DNA of 64,000 bases from Desulfatiglandales bacterium (GTDB lineage: Bacteria > Desulfobacterota > DSM-4660 > Desulfatiglandales > Desulfatiglandaceae). Shown here one piece after another: positions 1-9,360 of the stretch; position 1 is the first letter of the stretch; every line of letters starts with the position of its first letter. Made by a program: the position numbers and the translations under genes. The DNA lies in NCBI GenBank assembly GCA_963662465.1, contig OY759599.1:7456001-7520000 (forward strand). The letters are read 5' to 3'. The notes beneath the pieces are model-generated. The model was given only the letters and a program-made list of their open reading frames with translations, did not search any database and was not told the DNA's origin.

Positions 1-1
1 G

Positions 2-622
2 TCTGATACCGGAACGGGCATTGCCCAAGACGACATGGAGAAGATTTTTGAACCGTTTTATACCAAGAAGAAAATGGGCAGAAGCGGTACAGGGCTGGGC
101 ATGGCTGTCGTGTGGGGAACGGTGAAAGACCATAAGGGTTTTATTGACGTTCAAAGCGCAGAGGGAAAAGGCACGACATTTAAGCTATATTTTCCGGCTA
201 CCCGGGAAGCATTGGCCCTTGACACGGCCGAAGTACGGATTGAGGATTATAGGGGAAGCGGCGAATTGGTTCTGGTTGTAGATGACGTAAAGCAGCAAAG
301 GGAGGTTGCATCCGGAATGCTGGAACAATTGGGTTACAAGGTCGTTTCGGTTTCAAGCGGCGAAGAAGCGGTGGCCTATCTTAAAGACCATAAAGTGGAT
401 TTGCTGCTTCTGGACATGATCATGGACCCGGGTATGGATGGGCTGGATGCTTACCGGAAAATCATTGAAATGCATCCCGGCCAGAAAGCGGTGATTGGCA
501 GCGGGTTCTCTGAAACGGATCGGGTCAGAGACGCCCAAAAGCTGGGGGCGGGGGCCTACATTAAAAAACCATTTTTGATCCAGAAGCTGGGAATGGCCAT
601 CAAGGAGGCGTTAAACGCCTGA
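2..622 (+). CDS. Hybrid sensor histidine kinase/response regulator, C-terminal part (HATPase_c + REC); 5' end outside window
   Basis: Frame open from position 2 (SDTGTGI); FEPFYTKK..GTGLGM G-box; REC motifs VVDD, LLLDMIM, KPF. Confidence 0.9.
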   Translation, partial: SDTGTGIAQDDMEKIFEPFYTKKKMGRSGTGLGMAVVWGTVKDHKGFIDVQSAEGKGTTFKLYFPATREALALDTAEVRIEDYRGSGELVLVVDDVKQQREVASGMLEQLGYKVVSVSSGEEAVAYLKDHKVDLLLLDMIMDPGMDGLDAYRKIIEMHPGQKAVIGSGFSETDRVRDAQKLGAGAYIKKPFLIQKLGMAIKEALNA

Positions 623-903
623 GTGCTACTTGCCTTTAATGTGTGTTGCCCGCATGAGTTTGTCCGTTTTCTGTATTTTGCCCAAATCCTCCACCATGGC
701 CGTCTTGGTTAAGCTGTTGTAGGCCCTTATCCCGTCGTCCCCATCCCATAATTTTGTGCTGGATCAGCATCTATCATTAGAATTGCAGCTTTTTCTTTGC
801 CTGAAAATAGCCTTTGAGGTATTGTGGCTCTGTTCGCATAAAGTTTTATGGGTGGGGAATTCCGTCAACGTCATTCTGTGATTTCATGAACAGCTGAAAA
901 GAC

Positions 904-1737
904 ATGCAACAACGTTTTCGCCAATCAATAAGTCTATTGGGGTTACTGGCTTTTCTTTTGTGCCAGGTGTTTATGGTGCATCTGGTAAAGCAAGTTCGTG
1001 CCGATGAAGATGTCGATTCGGCCCCGCATTCGCCTTCATGTTCAAGACCATTTCTTAAACTCACGCCGAAACAATTGTCCACCAGTCTGTGGGCCCGGGA
1101 AATTGTGGCGGAAAAGGTTGGCGGCAAGGTCCTTCGTCAGAATACGGATGACCTGGATACCCTTTATTGGGAAGCCGCCGTGGCCGATCGGAAGCTCAAG
1201 CAGATCACCCGGGGTGTGGCGGCTTCCACGGGGGGGACGGCTGTTTTCCCCCCCGGTGGAGGGCTCAAGGCAAGAAAAAGAGCTGAGGAAAAAATTGAAG
1301 TGGAGTTGAATGGGGATGCAGCGGCGTTGATGGACATTGCGCGAAGTTCCATTGAATATGCTGATATCGATCAGGTTTACCAGGCGCTTGAATTCATAAT
1401 CGGGCAGGGGTATGAGGTGGTTCGCGTGAAGGACCGGGCCCTGAAACCTTTGCCGAGCGGGTTTTGGGATATTCATTTGAATTTGCGTATGCCCAATGGG
1501 CATATTGCCGAACTGCAGTTGCACTTTAAGGAGATTCGTCAATACAGTATCGGCGAAGGACATGAACTTTATGTGCGGATTCGGGGGATGAAAGCCAGGG
1601 CCTTTTACGAGGGCAGGTCCCTTACCCGGGAGGAACGGGAAATCGTTGATCGCCTTAACTGCGAGCAGAAACGGTTCTATGAGGCGGCTTTTGAAAGGGG
1701 GCAGAAGGGCCGGGAATCAGGACGACAGGAGAAGTGA
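904..1737 (+). CDS. RelA/SpoT-like nucleotidyltransferase domain protein with N-terminal signal/TM segment
   Basis: LKARKRAEEK, LMDIARS, VKDR..P.PSGFWDIHLN and AELQLH match RelA_SpoT synthetase-domain motifs; hydrophobic N-terminus. Confidence 0.7.
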   Translation: MQQRFRQSISLLGLLAFLLCQVFMVHLVKQVRADEDVDSAPHSPSCSRPFLKLTPKQLSTSLWAREIVAEKVGGKVLRQNTDDLDTLYWEAAVADRKLKQITRGVAASTGGTAVFPPGGGLKARKRAEEKIEVELNGDAAALMDIARSSIEYADIDQVYQALEFIIGQGYEVVRVKDRALKPLPSGFWDIHLNLRMPNGHIAELQLHFKEIRQYSIGEGHELYVRIRGMKARAFYEGRSLTREEREIVDRLNCEQKRFYEAAFERGQKGRESGRQEK

Positions 1738-1767
1738 ACCGGTTTTCATTTGAGGGGAACTAACGGC

Positions 1768-1804
1768 TTTTCCGCCGCTTCCCCTTTCAGGAAGGCGGCG
1801 GAAA
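1768..1804. terminator. Bidirectional intrinsic terminator between convergent genes
   Basis: TTTTCCGCCGCTTCC..GGAAGGCGGCGGAAA GC-rich hairpin flanked by T/A runs. Confidence 0.7.
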
Positions 1805-1847
1805 GAGCCCATCTTCGGATTTTCCCGGGTTTGTTCCGTTCAGGATT

Positions 1848-2357
1848 TTAATTGGCGTTTCTTAGGCAACCTGCACCCTGTCCATTCCCCTGCCCGCGGT
1901 ATTTTCCCTGTCCTTGTCCATATCCGGCGCCCTTTTTATGGCGGCCGACTTTTCCAAAACCCATGGCCAGGAGTTTTGAGGTTTGTTCAGGGGTCAAGAG
2001 ACTCCGAAAGGTAATGCGCATATCGGTCTGGATTTCCCGAATCTGGGCTCTCAGAGCCTGAATTTCTTTCTGGGTGGCTTTGATTTTATCGGCGTCAAGA
2101 CTGGGCTGCGTCCACAACACTTTCATTTCAGCCCGCTTTGTAACCAGCTGGGCTTTGAACGGCGTAATTTTTTGACTCGTCGATTCATGAAGCGCTTGGA
2201 TTTTTGTTGTCTGTTCAGGCGTCAGTTCCAGGGCCGCCATCACGGCGGGATTCATGTGTCCTTGTCCATCAAGGCTCCGCTGTCCCTGGCCTGCCATGGC
2301 CCATGTGGCAGTGGCGGTAACGAGTAGAAATGCTGCAATAATGCTGAGTTTTTTCAT
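1848..2357 (-). CDS. Periplasmic Spy/CpxP/ZraP family protein
   Basis: Signal peptide, two LTPEQ motifs, Gly-rich C-terminus; divergent from a two-component system. Confidence 0.85.
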   Translation of the reverse strand: MKKLSIIAAFLLVTATATWAMAGQGQRSLDGQGHMNPAVMAALELTPEQTTKIQALHESTSQKITPFKAQLVTKRAEMKVLWTQPSLDADKIKATQKEIQALRAQIREIQTDMRITFRSLLTPEQTSKLLAMGFGKVGRHKKGAGYGQGQGKYRGQGNGQGAGCLRNAN

Positions 2358-2438
2358 CTGATGATCTCCTTTTCTTGAGTTGAAATTTTGGGAAACCGTT
2401 CCAACCTTCGGGTTTCCCTTCTCTTGTAGATGCTTTTA

Positions 2439-2455
2439 AGCACAAAACATGCCAA
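2439..2455 (-). promoter_or_regulatory. Sigma-54 (-24/-12) promoter for the Spy/ZraP-like gene
   Basis: Minus strand TTGGCATGTTTTGTGCT = GG-N10-GC; sigma-54 activator encoded next door. Confidence 0.75.
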
Positions 2456-2537
2456 TACTCCGTTTCTTCGCTTTACATAAGGATATTCCTTCCCATGGCC
2501 GAAGATAACACGCCGAGAAAACCTTCTCAGCCGGATG

Positions 2538-2591
2538 ATGCGGCAAAAAATGTCGAAAATGCGAAGATCGATGCGACGAAACTGTCGAAAA
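2538..2591. promoter_or_regulatory. Putative paired enhancer (UAS) sites for the NtrC-family regulator
   Basis: Two imperfect palindromes CGGC-AAAAAA-TGTCG and CGAC-GAAAC-TGTCG, about 85-135 bp upstream of the sigma-54 site. Confidence 0.45.
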
Positions 2592-2655
2592 GCGTCTTTT
2601 TTGCCGGAGATAGGCTGATGATTGACTTTTTCAGTTTTGCGGCTATTCTTGGACT

Positions 2656-4386
2656 ATGAAAAAGGGAAAAAATCCGATTGGCGAAAAACCCAAACGTTCT
2701 GGAGGTCCATTTCTTCAACCCCTGGCGGTTGGCGTTGTGTGCCTTGTTTTCGTGGGACTCGTATTGACAATGGGCGTCATGGATTTCAGGACGCTCGACA
2801 GGGCGCTTATGGGGTATATGGAAAAAGAGGGGATTGCTTTCATCAAAACTGTTCAGCAGGCGGTGAGGTTCAATTTGCAACCGCATCCATCCGTTGCAAA
2901 TTTTGAGGGAACGTCTCCCATTGGATCTGGAGATCAAGCCTCTTCAAGTCAGGAATCTGTAGTGATGGCCCTTCTACAACTGGCACAGCGGATTGATCAT
3001 GAAAAAGAGATGGGGGAGCTGGATGATGAAAAAATGAGTTCCCTGGCAACCCGGGAAGGCTTATCGAATGTGGCTTTATTGGATCATAGAGGTCGCGTGA
3101 CGTTTCAGAAAAGAGCTGTTTCCAGGGCGATTCTAAACTCCGTTTCGGCCATGGCAGGGGATCATGAAGATCTGAAAATCCATGTGTTTTCCCCCCTTGA
3201 TAAGCACCAACCCATGCGCTTTCTAGCCCTTCGTCGAAAGGGTGAACATGGATTTCTGGTTCTGGTGCTCGATGCTGAGTCGTTTTTTTTCTGGAAGTTG
3301 CGCACCGCCGTGGAAACGGCTGTAGAGGCTGTCGGGCTGCCGGCCGGAACGGATTGTTTTTTCATTGGGGACGGGGCAGGGCGGACCCTTTTTGAAGAAG
3401 GAACATGTCCGGGGGAGGCGAGTGGGAAGAATGGTGTTTCCCATATCCTTGAAAAGGGAGAGGGGGTTTCCGGGGAAAGGGTTCTCTGGAACGGTCGAAA
3501 GCAATTTCTGATGATTGCGAAGCTCTCCTTCGGCGAAGAGGTTTCAGGTATTGCGCGCCTGGGCCTCAAAACGGATGCGCTCGACCAAATGATTGGAAAA
3601 GAACGGCGATGGGGCGTTGTTGCCATGGGTTTCATGGTTTTTATGGCCGTGCTTTCCATGTGGTTTTTGTACCGAAACCAGAATCGTCACCTGGCCAGGA
3701 TGCAGCAGATGGAACGGCGGCTTCACCAGGCCGAGCGCTTGTCCGCCATGGGTCGTCTGGCCGCGGGCGTGGCCCATGAGATCCGTAATCCATTAAACGC
3801 CATCAGCATGGCCTGCCAGCGGCTCAAAAAGGACAATCTGGAACAGCTTGCCACAGTGATTCGCGGCGAGATTTTGCGACTCAACGGGATCATTGAGGAA
3901 TTCCTTGGATTTTCAAAAGGGCGTCAGTTGAAATTGGAAAATGGGGATCTGGTGGATTTGGTTCGACAGGTGGTGTTGCTTATGGCGGAGGAATCCAGGT
4001 CAAGGGGCGTTATTATTGGGAGAACCGGGATTGAATCTTCCTTGATGATGTTCATGGACGGAAACAAGATCAAGCAGGCCCTTATCAACATTGTGAAAAA
4101 TGCCATGGAATCCATCCGGGAATCCGGAACCGTGACCATCGGGATCGGCACAAAAGAAAATAAGATGGTCATCATTACCGTATCCGATACGGGCACGGGC
4201 CTTGCCGAAGGTGATGCGGACAGGATTTTCAATCCTGATTTTACGACCAAGGAACAGGGGTTGGGGTTGGGGCTCGCCCTGGCCCATGAAATTATTCAGG
4301 CCCATGGCGGAGAAATCAGGGTTCGGAGCGCGTCAGGCGTGGGAACCGTCTTTGACATTTTACTGCCTATAAAGGGGGCAGTCTAA
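2656..4386 (+). CDS. Membrane sensor histidine kinase (ZraS/HydH-like)
   Basis: Two TM segments, LAAGVAHEIRNPL H-box, NIVKNA N-box, DTGTG, GLGLGL. Confidence 0.9.
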   Translation: MKKGKNPIGEKPKRSGGPFLQPLAVGVVCLVFVGLVLTMGVMDFRTLDRALMGYMEKEGIAFIKTVQQAVRFNLQPHPSVANFEGTSPIGSGDQASSSQESVVMALLQLAQRIDHEKEMGELDDEKMSSLATREGLSNVALLDHRGRVTFQKRAVSRAILNSVSAMAGDHEDLKIHVFSPLDKHQPMRFLALRRKGEHGFLVLVLDAESFFFWKLRTAVETAVEAVGLPAGTDCFFIGDGAGRTLFEEGTCPGEASGKNGVSHILEKGEGVSGERVLWNGRKQFLMIAKLSFGEEVSGIARLGLKTDALDQMIGKERRWGVVAMGFMVFMAVLSMWFLYRNQNRHLARMQQMERRLHQAERLSAMGRLAAGVAHEIRNPLNAISMACQRLKKDNLEQLATVIRGEILRLNGIIEEFLGFSKGRQLKLENGDLVDLVRQVVLLMAEESRSRGVIIGRTGIESSLMMFMDGNKIKQALINIVKNAMESIRESGTVTIGIGTKENKMVIITVSDTGTGLAEGDADRIFNPDFTTKEQGLGLGLALAHEIIQAHGGEIRVRSASGVGTVFDILLPIKGAV

Positions 4387-4423
4387 AATCAAACGGGGGG
4401 CTTTGGGAGAGTAGTGGTAAACG

Positions 4424-5785
4424 ATGAATAAAATTAATATTCTGGTGGCGGAAGATGGGCAGAGCCAGCGAGTGCTGTTAAGGGATTTCCTGAAGGATGA
4501 AGGATATTCGGTCTCGGAAGCTGAAAATGGAGAAAGTGCGCTCCGGCAGCTTCGGGAAAACTGTTTTGATCTGCTGTTGACCGACTACAAAATGCCGGGA
4601 ATGGACGGAATGGCCTTACTCCAGGCGGCAAAACAGGTGAATCCGGAAATTGATGTGGTGGTAATGACGGCTTTCGGCACCATTGAAACCGCCGTAGACG
4701 CTATGAAGGCCGGCGCATCCGATTATATTGCCAAACCCATCGACCTGGACGAGTTGCAGTTGCTCATTGAGCGGATTTCCGGACGCCGAACCATTATCCG
4801 GGAAAATAAACTGCTTCGGAAAGAGCTGCGGAGGAAAGAGGTTACGCCGGATCAGATCATTTTTCGAAGCGGCGTTATGGCGGATGTCATCAACCTGGCC
4901 GGTCGGGTGGCGCAAAGCCGTGCTACAGTGCTGATACAGGGTGAAAGCGGCACCGGAAAGGAATTGATGGCCAGGTTGATTCATGACTTGAGCCCTCGTT
5001 CTGAAAAACCCATGACCATTGTTAATTGTGCGGCCTTGCCGGAAAATCTCCTGGAAAGTGAACTGTTCGGGCACGAAAAAGGCGCCTTCACGGGGGCTTC
5101 CGGCATCCGTATCGGCCGATTTGAAGAGGCGGATGGCGGAACCCTTTTTCTGGATGAAATCGGCGAGTTGACCAACACGGTTCAGGTGAAGCTGCTGCGG
5201 TTTCTTCAGGAAAGAGCCTTCCAGCGGATTGGCGGGAACCGTACCTTCCAAACGGATGTTCGCGTTATCAGCGCCACCAATCGGGACTTGGAAGAACGGA
5301 TGAAAGAAGGGTTTTTCCGGGAGGATCTGTTTTATCGATTGAATGTGGTGGGGATTACCATTCCGCCGCTCCGAGACCGAAAAGAAGATCTCTCGCCGCT
5401 GATCGATCATTTTCTGAAACATTTTTCATCTGAAAACAATCGAAAAATATCAGGCGTTGCCTCCAAAGCCCGGGATCTGCTCATGAAGTATGACTATCCG
5501 GGCAATGTGAGGGAGCTGGAAAACATCCTGGAGCGGGCTGTGGTTATTGCCCGGGGGAGTCATATTGAAACTGCGGACCTTCCTTTTTCAGCGGGAGATG
5601 CACATGGGGCGGAAAAACAGGACTGGAACCGGGGAACCCTGAAGGAAGCCATGGCGTTTCTGGAAAAGGACATGGTCCGAAATGCCATGGTGGAAACCGA
5701 AGACCACCAGACCAAGGCCGCTCGCATCTTGGGCATTAGCGAACGGATGCTGCGGTATAAGCTGAAGAAGTATGGTTTTAAATAG
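4424..5785 (+). CDS. Sigma-54-dependent response regulator (ZraR/NtrC family)
   Basis: REC domain, GESGTGKE Walker A, GAFTGA loop, C-terminal Fis-type HTH. Confidence 0.95.
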   Translation: MNKINILVAEDGQSQRVLLRDFLKDEGYSVSEAENGESALRQLRENCFDLLLTDYKMPGMDGMALLQAAKQVNPEIDVVVMTAFGTIETAVDAMKAGASDYIAKPIDLDELQLLIERISGRRTIIRENKLLRKELRRKEVTPDQIIFRSGVMADVINLAGRVAQSRATVLIQGESGTGKELMARLIHDLSPRSEKPMTIVNCAALPENLLESELFGHEKGAFTGASGIRIGRFEEADGGTLFLDEIGELTNTVQVKLLRFLQERAFQRIGGNRTFQTDVRVISATNRDLEERMKEGFFREDLFYRLNVVGITIPPLRDRKEDLSPLIDHFLKHFSSENNRKISGVASKARDLLMKYDYPGNVRELENILERAVVIARGSHIETADLPFSAGDAHGAEKQDWNRGTLKEAMAFLEKDMVRNAMVETEDHQTKAARILGISERMLRYKLKKYGFK

Positions 5786-5795
5786 TAAGGGGGCT

Positions 5796-6614
5796 TTATC
5801 CCCACACAATTTGAGGAGGTTTTCGTTCTGGCAACCGGTAGTACCTGGGCTTGGCATATCCCAGCATCATGGGATAGTGGTGGGGATGGTTTTCGGGCAG
5901 TCCCAGCACCTCTTTGATCTCCGGTCGTGACGGAATCGCACCTTTAAGGAGTCCTGCCCAGCACGTTCCAAGGCCCAGTGTGGGCGCCGCCAGTTCAAGG
6001 TAGGACAGGGCCAGGGTCAGATCAACCATGCCGTTTAAGGCTTCCTTCGGGGCATGGGCCACTACCAGGACGGGAGCGTCTCTCAGGATCCGGTCAATGC
6101 CCATGTCCCATGCCTTTACGGTGGCGGGAAAATAGGGGGCGGTTTCAGCGCCTTTTTCAAGAATAAACCGCATCCAGCCAATGGTGAGTTCCGCCAGTTT
6201 ATGAATCTTGATTTTGTCGGTGATCACAAGCCATCTCACCAATTGTAGATTTCCCGCACTCGGTGCATAACGGGCGATTTCAATGAGTTCCTGAAGCGTT
6301 TCTTGCGCTACCGGTTTGTCCAGGTATCGCCTGACGGATCGGCGGGACCGTAGGAACTGAACGGCCTGTTCCTTGTTGATGGCAAGATCTTTCTGAATGG
6401 GCAGGCAACGTTCCATGGGGATGCTGGTGTGCCGCATGGCCCCGTGGGGACAAACGGCAACGCAGTGGCCGCACCTGATGCAGGTGTTTTCAGCGCCGGC
6501 CATCAAAAAGGGGTAGCCATCTTCATCCGCCATTTTGATAATGCCCATGAGACATTCTTCAGCACAGATTGCATCCTTCTTGCATTTATTTCGATCAATT
6601 TCCAGCAGTCCCAT
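5796..6614 (-). CDS. Nitroreductase family protein with N-terminal ferredoxin domain
   Basis: CxxCxxCxxxCP ferredoxin motif; RRSVRRY, APSAGN, GLGTCW nitroreductase motifs. Confidence 0.9.
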   Translation of the reverse strand: MGLLEIDRNKCKKDAICAEECLMGIIKMADEDGYPFLMAGAENTCIRCGHCVAVCPHGAMRHTSIPMERCLPIQKDLAINKEQAVQFLRSRRSVRRYLDKPVAQETLQELIEIARYAPSAGNLQLVRWLVITDKIKIHKLAELTIGWMRFILEKGAETAPYFPATVKAWDMGIDRILRDAPVLVVAHAPKEALNGMVDLTLALSYLELAAPTLGLGTCWAGLLKGAIPSRPEIKEVLGLPENHPHHYPMMLGYAKPRYYRLPERKPPQIVWG

Positions 6615-6624
6615 ATCGCGTCTC

Positions 6625-7176
6625 CTATGCGCCCTTAACGGCTTTTGATTTGCGGTGTCGCCAGAAGAATACGCCGATGATCAACAGCGCCAGCGGTATC
6701 AGCAATGCCCAGAGGTATTCCTCTATCAGCGCCGTAGCGACGACGGCAATACCCAGAAAAACGCCCACGACGGAAATTCGCCAGTTGGCAGTAACGCCGG
6801 CGCAGAAGGCGGCAAAGGCCAGGACCAGAAGGGCTACGAGGCCCACATCCACATTGTTCAGTCTCCCCGTTTCCGTAGAACTGAGAAGAAAGACCAGATA
6901 TATGGTGACCACATACCCGAACCAGTGAAGAATTTGCGTCTTTATCAGCTTGCCTTTGCTTTCTCCCCGAAGGGTCAGGCGAGGCCATTCCAGGGCGATA
7001 GCCGCGCCGCAAAATACCGGGGCCATGGCCATCCAGTACCAGAATCCCTTGGTGGGATTGAAATCGGTCAGGGCAATGCCGACCACCGACAGAAAAAGCA
7101 AAAGGACCAGGATGAATTCAGAAACATGACGTTTTTTTGGAAATTTACTGAACTTATCATGAAGGTTTACGGTCAT
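6625..7176 (-). CDS. Hypothetical multi-pass membrane protein
   Basis: About 5-6 hydrophobic segments; RBS AGGAG upstream. Confidence 0.7.
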   Translation of the reverse strand: MTVNLHDKFSKFPKKRHVSEFILVLLLFLSVVGIALTDFNPTKGFWYWMAMAPVFCGAAIALEWPRLTLRGESKGKLIKTQILHWFGYVVTIYLVFLLSSTETGRLNNVDVGLVALLVLAFAAFCAGVTANWRISVVGVFLGIAVVATALIEEYLWALLIPLALLIIGVFFWRHRKSKAVKGA

Positions 7177-7321
7177 GGTATTCTCCTTCCTTGCCTATGA
7201 TGGGATTTATAATTTATTTTCGATCAAGAAATTCACAAGTCTGACCTTTTATCAGAGTTTCACGAAAATCACAATGGTCGTGCTTTGAAATCCCCTTGTT
7301 TTATTGGTTTTACAAGGAATA

Positions 7322-8464
7322 TCAGGAGAATATCGCTTTTGAAATAATTAATTTTTCGATTTCCTTGGTGCCTTCATAGATTTCAATGATTTTAGCATCC
7401 CGATAAAATCTCGCCACATCATACTCTTCCATGAATCCGTAGCCGCCGTGAATCTGGACCGCCTCTTCCGCTACTCTGACGCCGGTTTCCCCGGCAAACC
7501 ATTTGGCCATGGCCGTTACTTTTGGGTCCGGCCGGCCCTTGTCCGCGGTGAATGCGGCTTCATAAACCAGATTTCGCGCTGCCTGAATGCGGGTGGCCAT
7601 TTCGGCGATTTTGAACTGGGTGATCTGAAAGGCGCTCAGTGTATTGCCGAATTGTTTTCTGTTTTTGGCGTGGAAAATCGCTTTTTCCATGGCGCCCTGG
7701 GCGATGCCGACCCCTTCGGCGCCCACATGGATGCGGGTCCGGTTGAAAAATTCCATGAATTGATAAAATCCCCTTCCTTCTTCTCCCACCAGGTTTTGAA
7801 CGGGAACCCGCACGTCGCTGAAATTCAGCTCCGCCGTGTCCGAGGCTCTAATTCCCAATTTGTTGGAGAGCTTCCTTGCCTCGAATCCTTTTCGGTCGCA
7901 TTCAACCAGAATGACGCTGTGCCGGTTGTGCCGTGAGGCGGCTTCCGGGTCGGTCTGACAGAAGACCGTGAGATACTTTGCCACCGTGCCGTTGGTGATA
8001 AACATTTTGCTGCCGTTAATGACGTATTCATCGTTCACTTTTTCAGCCCGGGTGGTCACATTGGAAACATCGCTGCCGGCATCGGGCTCCGTGATGGCCG
8101 ATCCCATGACGGCTTCCCCCGTGGTCAGGGGTGTCAGATAGGCCATTTTCTGGGCTTCGGTTCCGTAGAGTTCTACCATGTCCGCCCCGAATGTGGCGGC
8201 GGTCAGCACGGATCCAAGACCTGGATCGACGCGCCAGAATTCTTCGGTAATCAGGCATTTTTCAAGGTAACCATAACCGCCTCCGCCGTATTCTTCCGGC
8301 AGGTTGATGCCGATAAACCCAAGATCCGCGGCCTTTTTGACCAGATCCATGGGGTAGCGCTCCTCGCGGTCGCATGTTTGTGCCAGTTCGGGAAATTCCC
8401 CTTCCGCAAATTCCCTGGCGGCATTACGAATATCCGTCTGTTCTTTGGTTAAGTCAAAGTCCAT
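7322..8464 (-). CDS. Acyl-CoA dehydrogenase
   Basis: TEPDAGSD, NGSKMFITNG, KLGIRAS, QIHGGYG, YEGT motifs; start likely MDFDLT at 8464. Confidence 0.95.
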   Translation of the reverse strand: MDFDLTKEQTDIRNAAREFAEGEFPELAQTCDREERYPMDLVKKAADLGFIGINLPEEYGGGGYGYLEKCLITEEFWRVDPGLGSVLTAATFGADMVELYGTEAQKMAYLTPLTTGEAVMGSAITEPDAGSDVSNVTTRAEKVNDEYVINGSKMFITNGTVAKYLTVFCQTDPEAASRHNRHSVILVECDRKGFEARKLSNKLGIRASDTAELNFSDVRVPVQNLVGEEGRGFYQFMEFFNRTRIHVGAEGVGIAQGAMEKAIFHAKNRKQFGNTLSAFQITQFKIAEMATRIQAARNLVYEAAFTADKGRPDPKVTAMAKWFAGETGVRVAEEAVQIHGGYGFMEEYDVARFYRDAKIIEIYEGTKEIEKLIISKAIFS

Positions 8465-8876
8465 TCTTTTCCTCTTCACGGTGATCATATTGTTGCCAGG
8501 CCTGTTGTTTCAGGCATGCTTGAAATTCTTTGAGAACATACTTGTGGGGAAAATCAGGGTGAGAAAAATAGTTTAACGTACTTTTGATAAAAGAATCCAT
8601 CAAGCTATGCAGCAACGCGTCTTTTTTCCGCTCATCAATATAGTGGCGTTCTCTTTTCTGTTCGAAACTAACGGCTTCCCCCAGTGCGTTTCTGATTTCC
8701 TTAACGCTGTATTTTGAAAATTTTTGATTGGTTAACAGAAAATCGGACAGTGGAATATCAATCCGGGCAATCATCCCGACGTACCATCGGTCGCCTGCCA
8801 GTTTGCGGGAAATGTCATAAAAGTCTAAGGTTAAAGCATTACGGAGTTCTATTCTTTTGATCAATGTTTGTTCCAT
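8454..8876 (-). CDS. Hypothetical protein
   Basis: 140-aa ORF overlapping the start of the downstream acyl-CoA dehydrogenase. Confidence 0.65.
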   Translation of the reverse strand: MEQTLIKRIELRNALTLDFYDISRKLAGDRWYVGMIARIDIPLSDFLLTNQKFSKYSVKEIRNALGEAVSFEQKRERHYIDERKKDALLHSLMDSFIKSTLNYFSHPDFPHKYVLKEFQACLKQQAWQQYDHREEEKNGL

Positions 8877-9022
8877 TTCGCATCCACCGTTTTATATTTT
8901 GCCTTTCATTCTACTGCACGTTTTATCGTTCAATCAAGTTATTTTTTTCACTTATAACGACAATCTCACCGTTTTGAGAAGGTGAAAATGAGTATCCTTC
9001 ATTGTCGACAACCACACCCTTG

Positions 9023-9086
9023 TTGAACACGATTCACACGATTTAACAGGATAAACAGGATTAAGAGGCCGCATCCGGGCAAATTC
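9023..9086 (+). repeat. Left arm of ~64-bp imperfect inverted repeat (partner 14298-14361), built of ACAGGAT/ACACGAT units
   Basis: First 41 bp match the reverse complement of 14321-14361 at 37/41 positions. Confidence 0.75.
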
Positions 9087-9360
9087 GTTCTGTCTTCGGT
9101 TTATCGGCCACTGGTCATCCTGTCCATCATTTGTTATTAATCTTCCTTAATAAATCACCTGTTTACAAACAGAATTGAATGTGCTAAAGGCATACAAATA
9201 CCCGCCGATGACATCGGATAGCCTTTTGAATTGATTTATGAATTGGCGTTTTTCCTGGAGATGGGGGGACGGGGAGATGAGAAGATGAGGAAACTGGGAG
9301 ATATGGCATAAACCATTTATCCGGGATGAAACAGGGCCTGCGAAAAAAGGGAGGTGCGGC

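Noticed and set aside
4616..5422. Long antisense ORFs (e.g. 4616-5422, 14673-15557, 20581-21564, 26089-27039, 32694-33605, 58442-59119)
   Set aside because: They are shadows of well-supported genes on the opposite strand and carry no recognisable motifs
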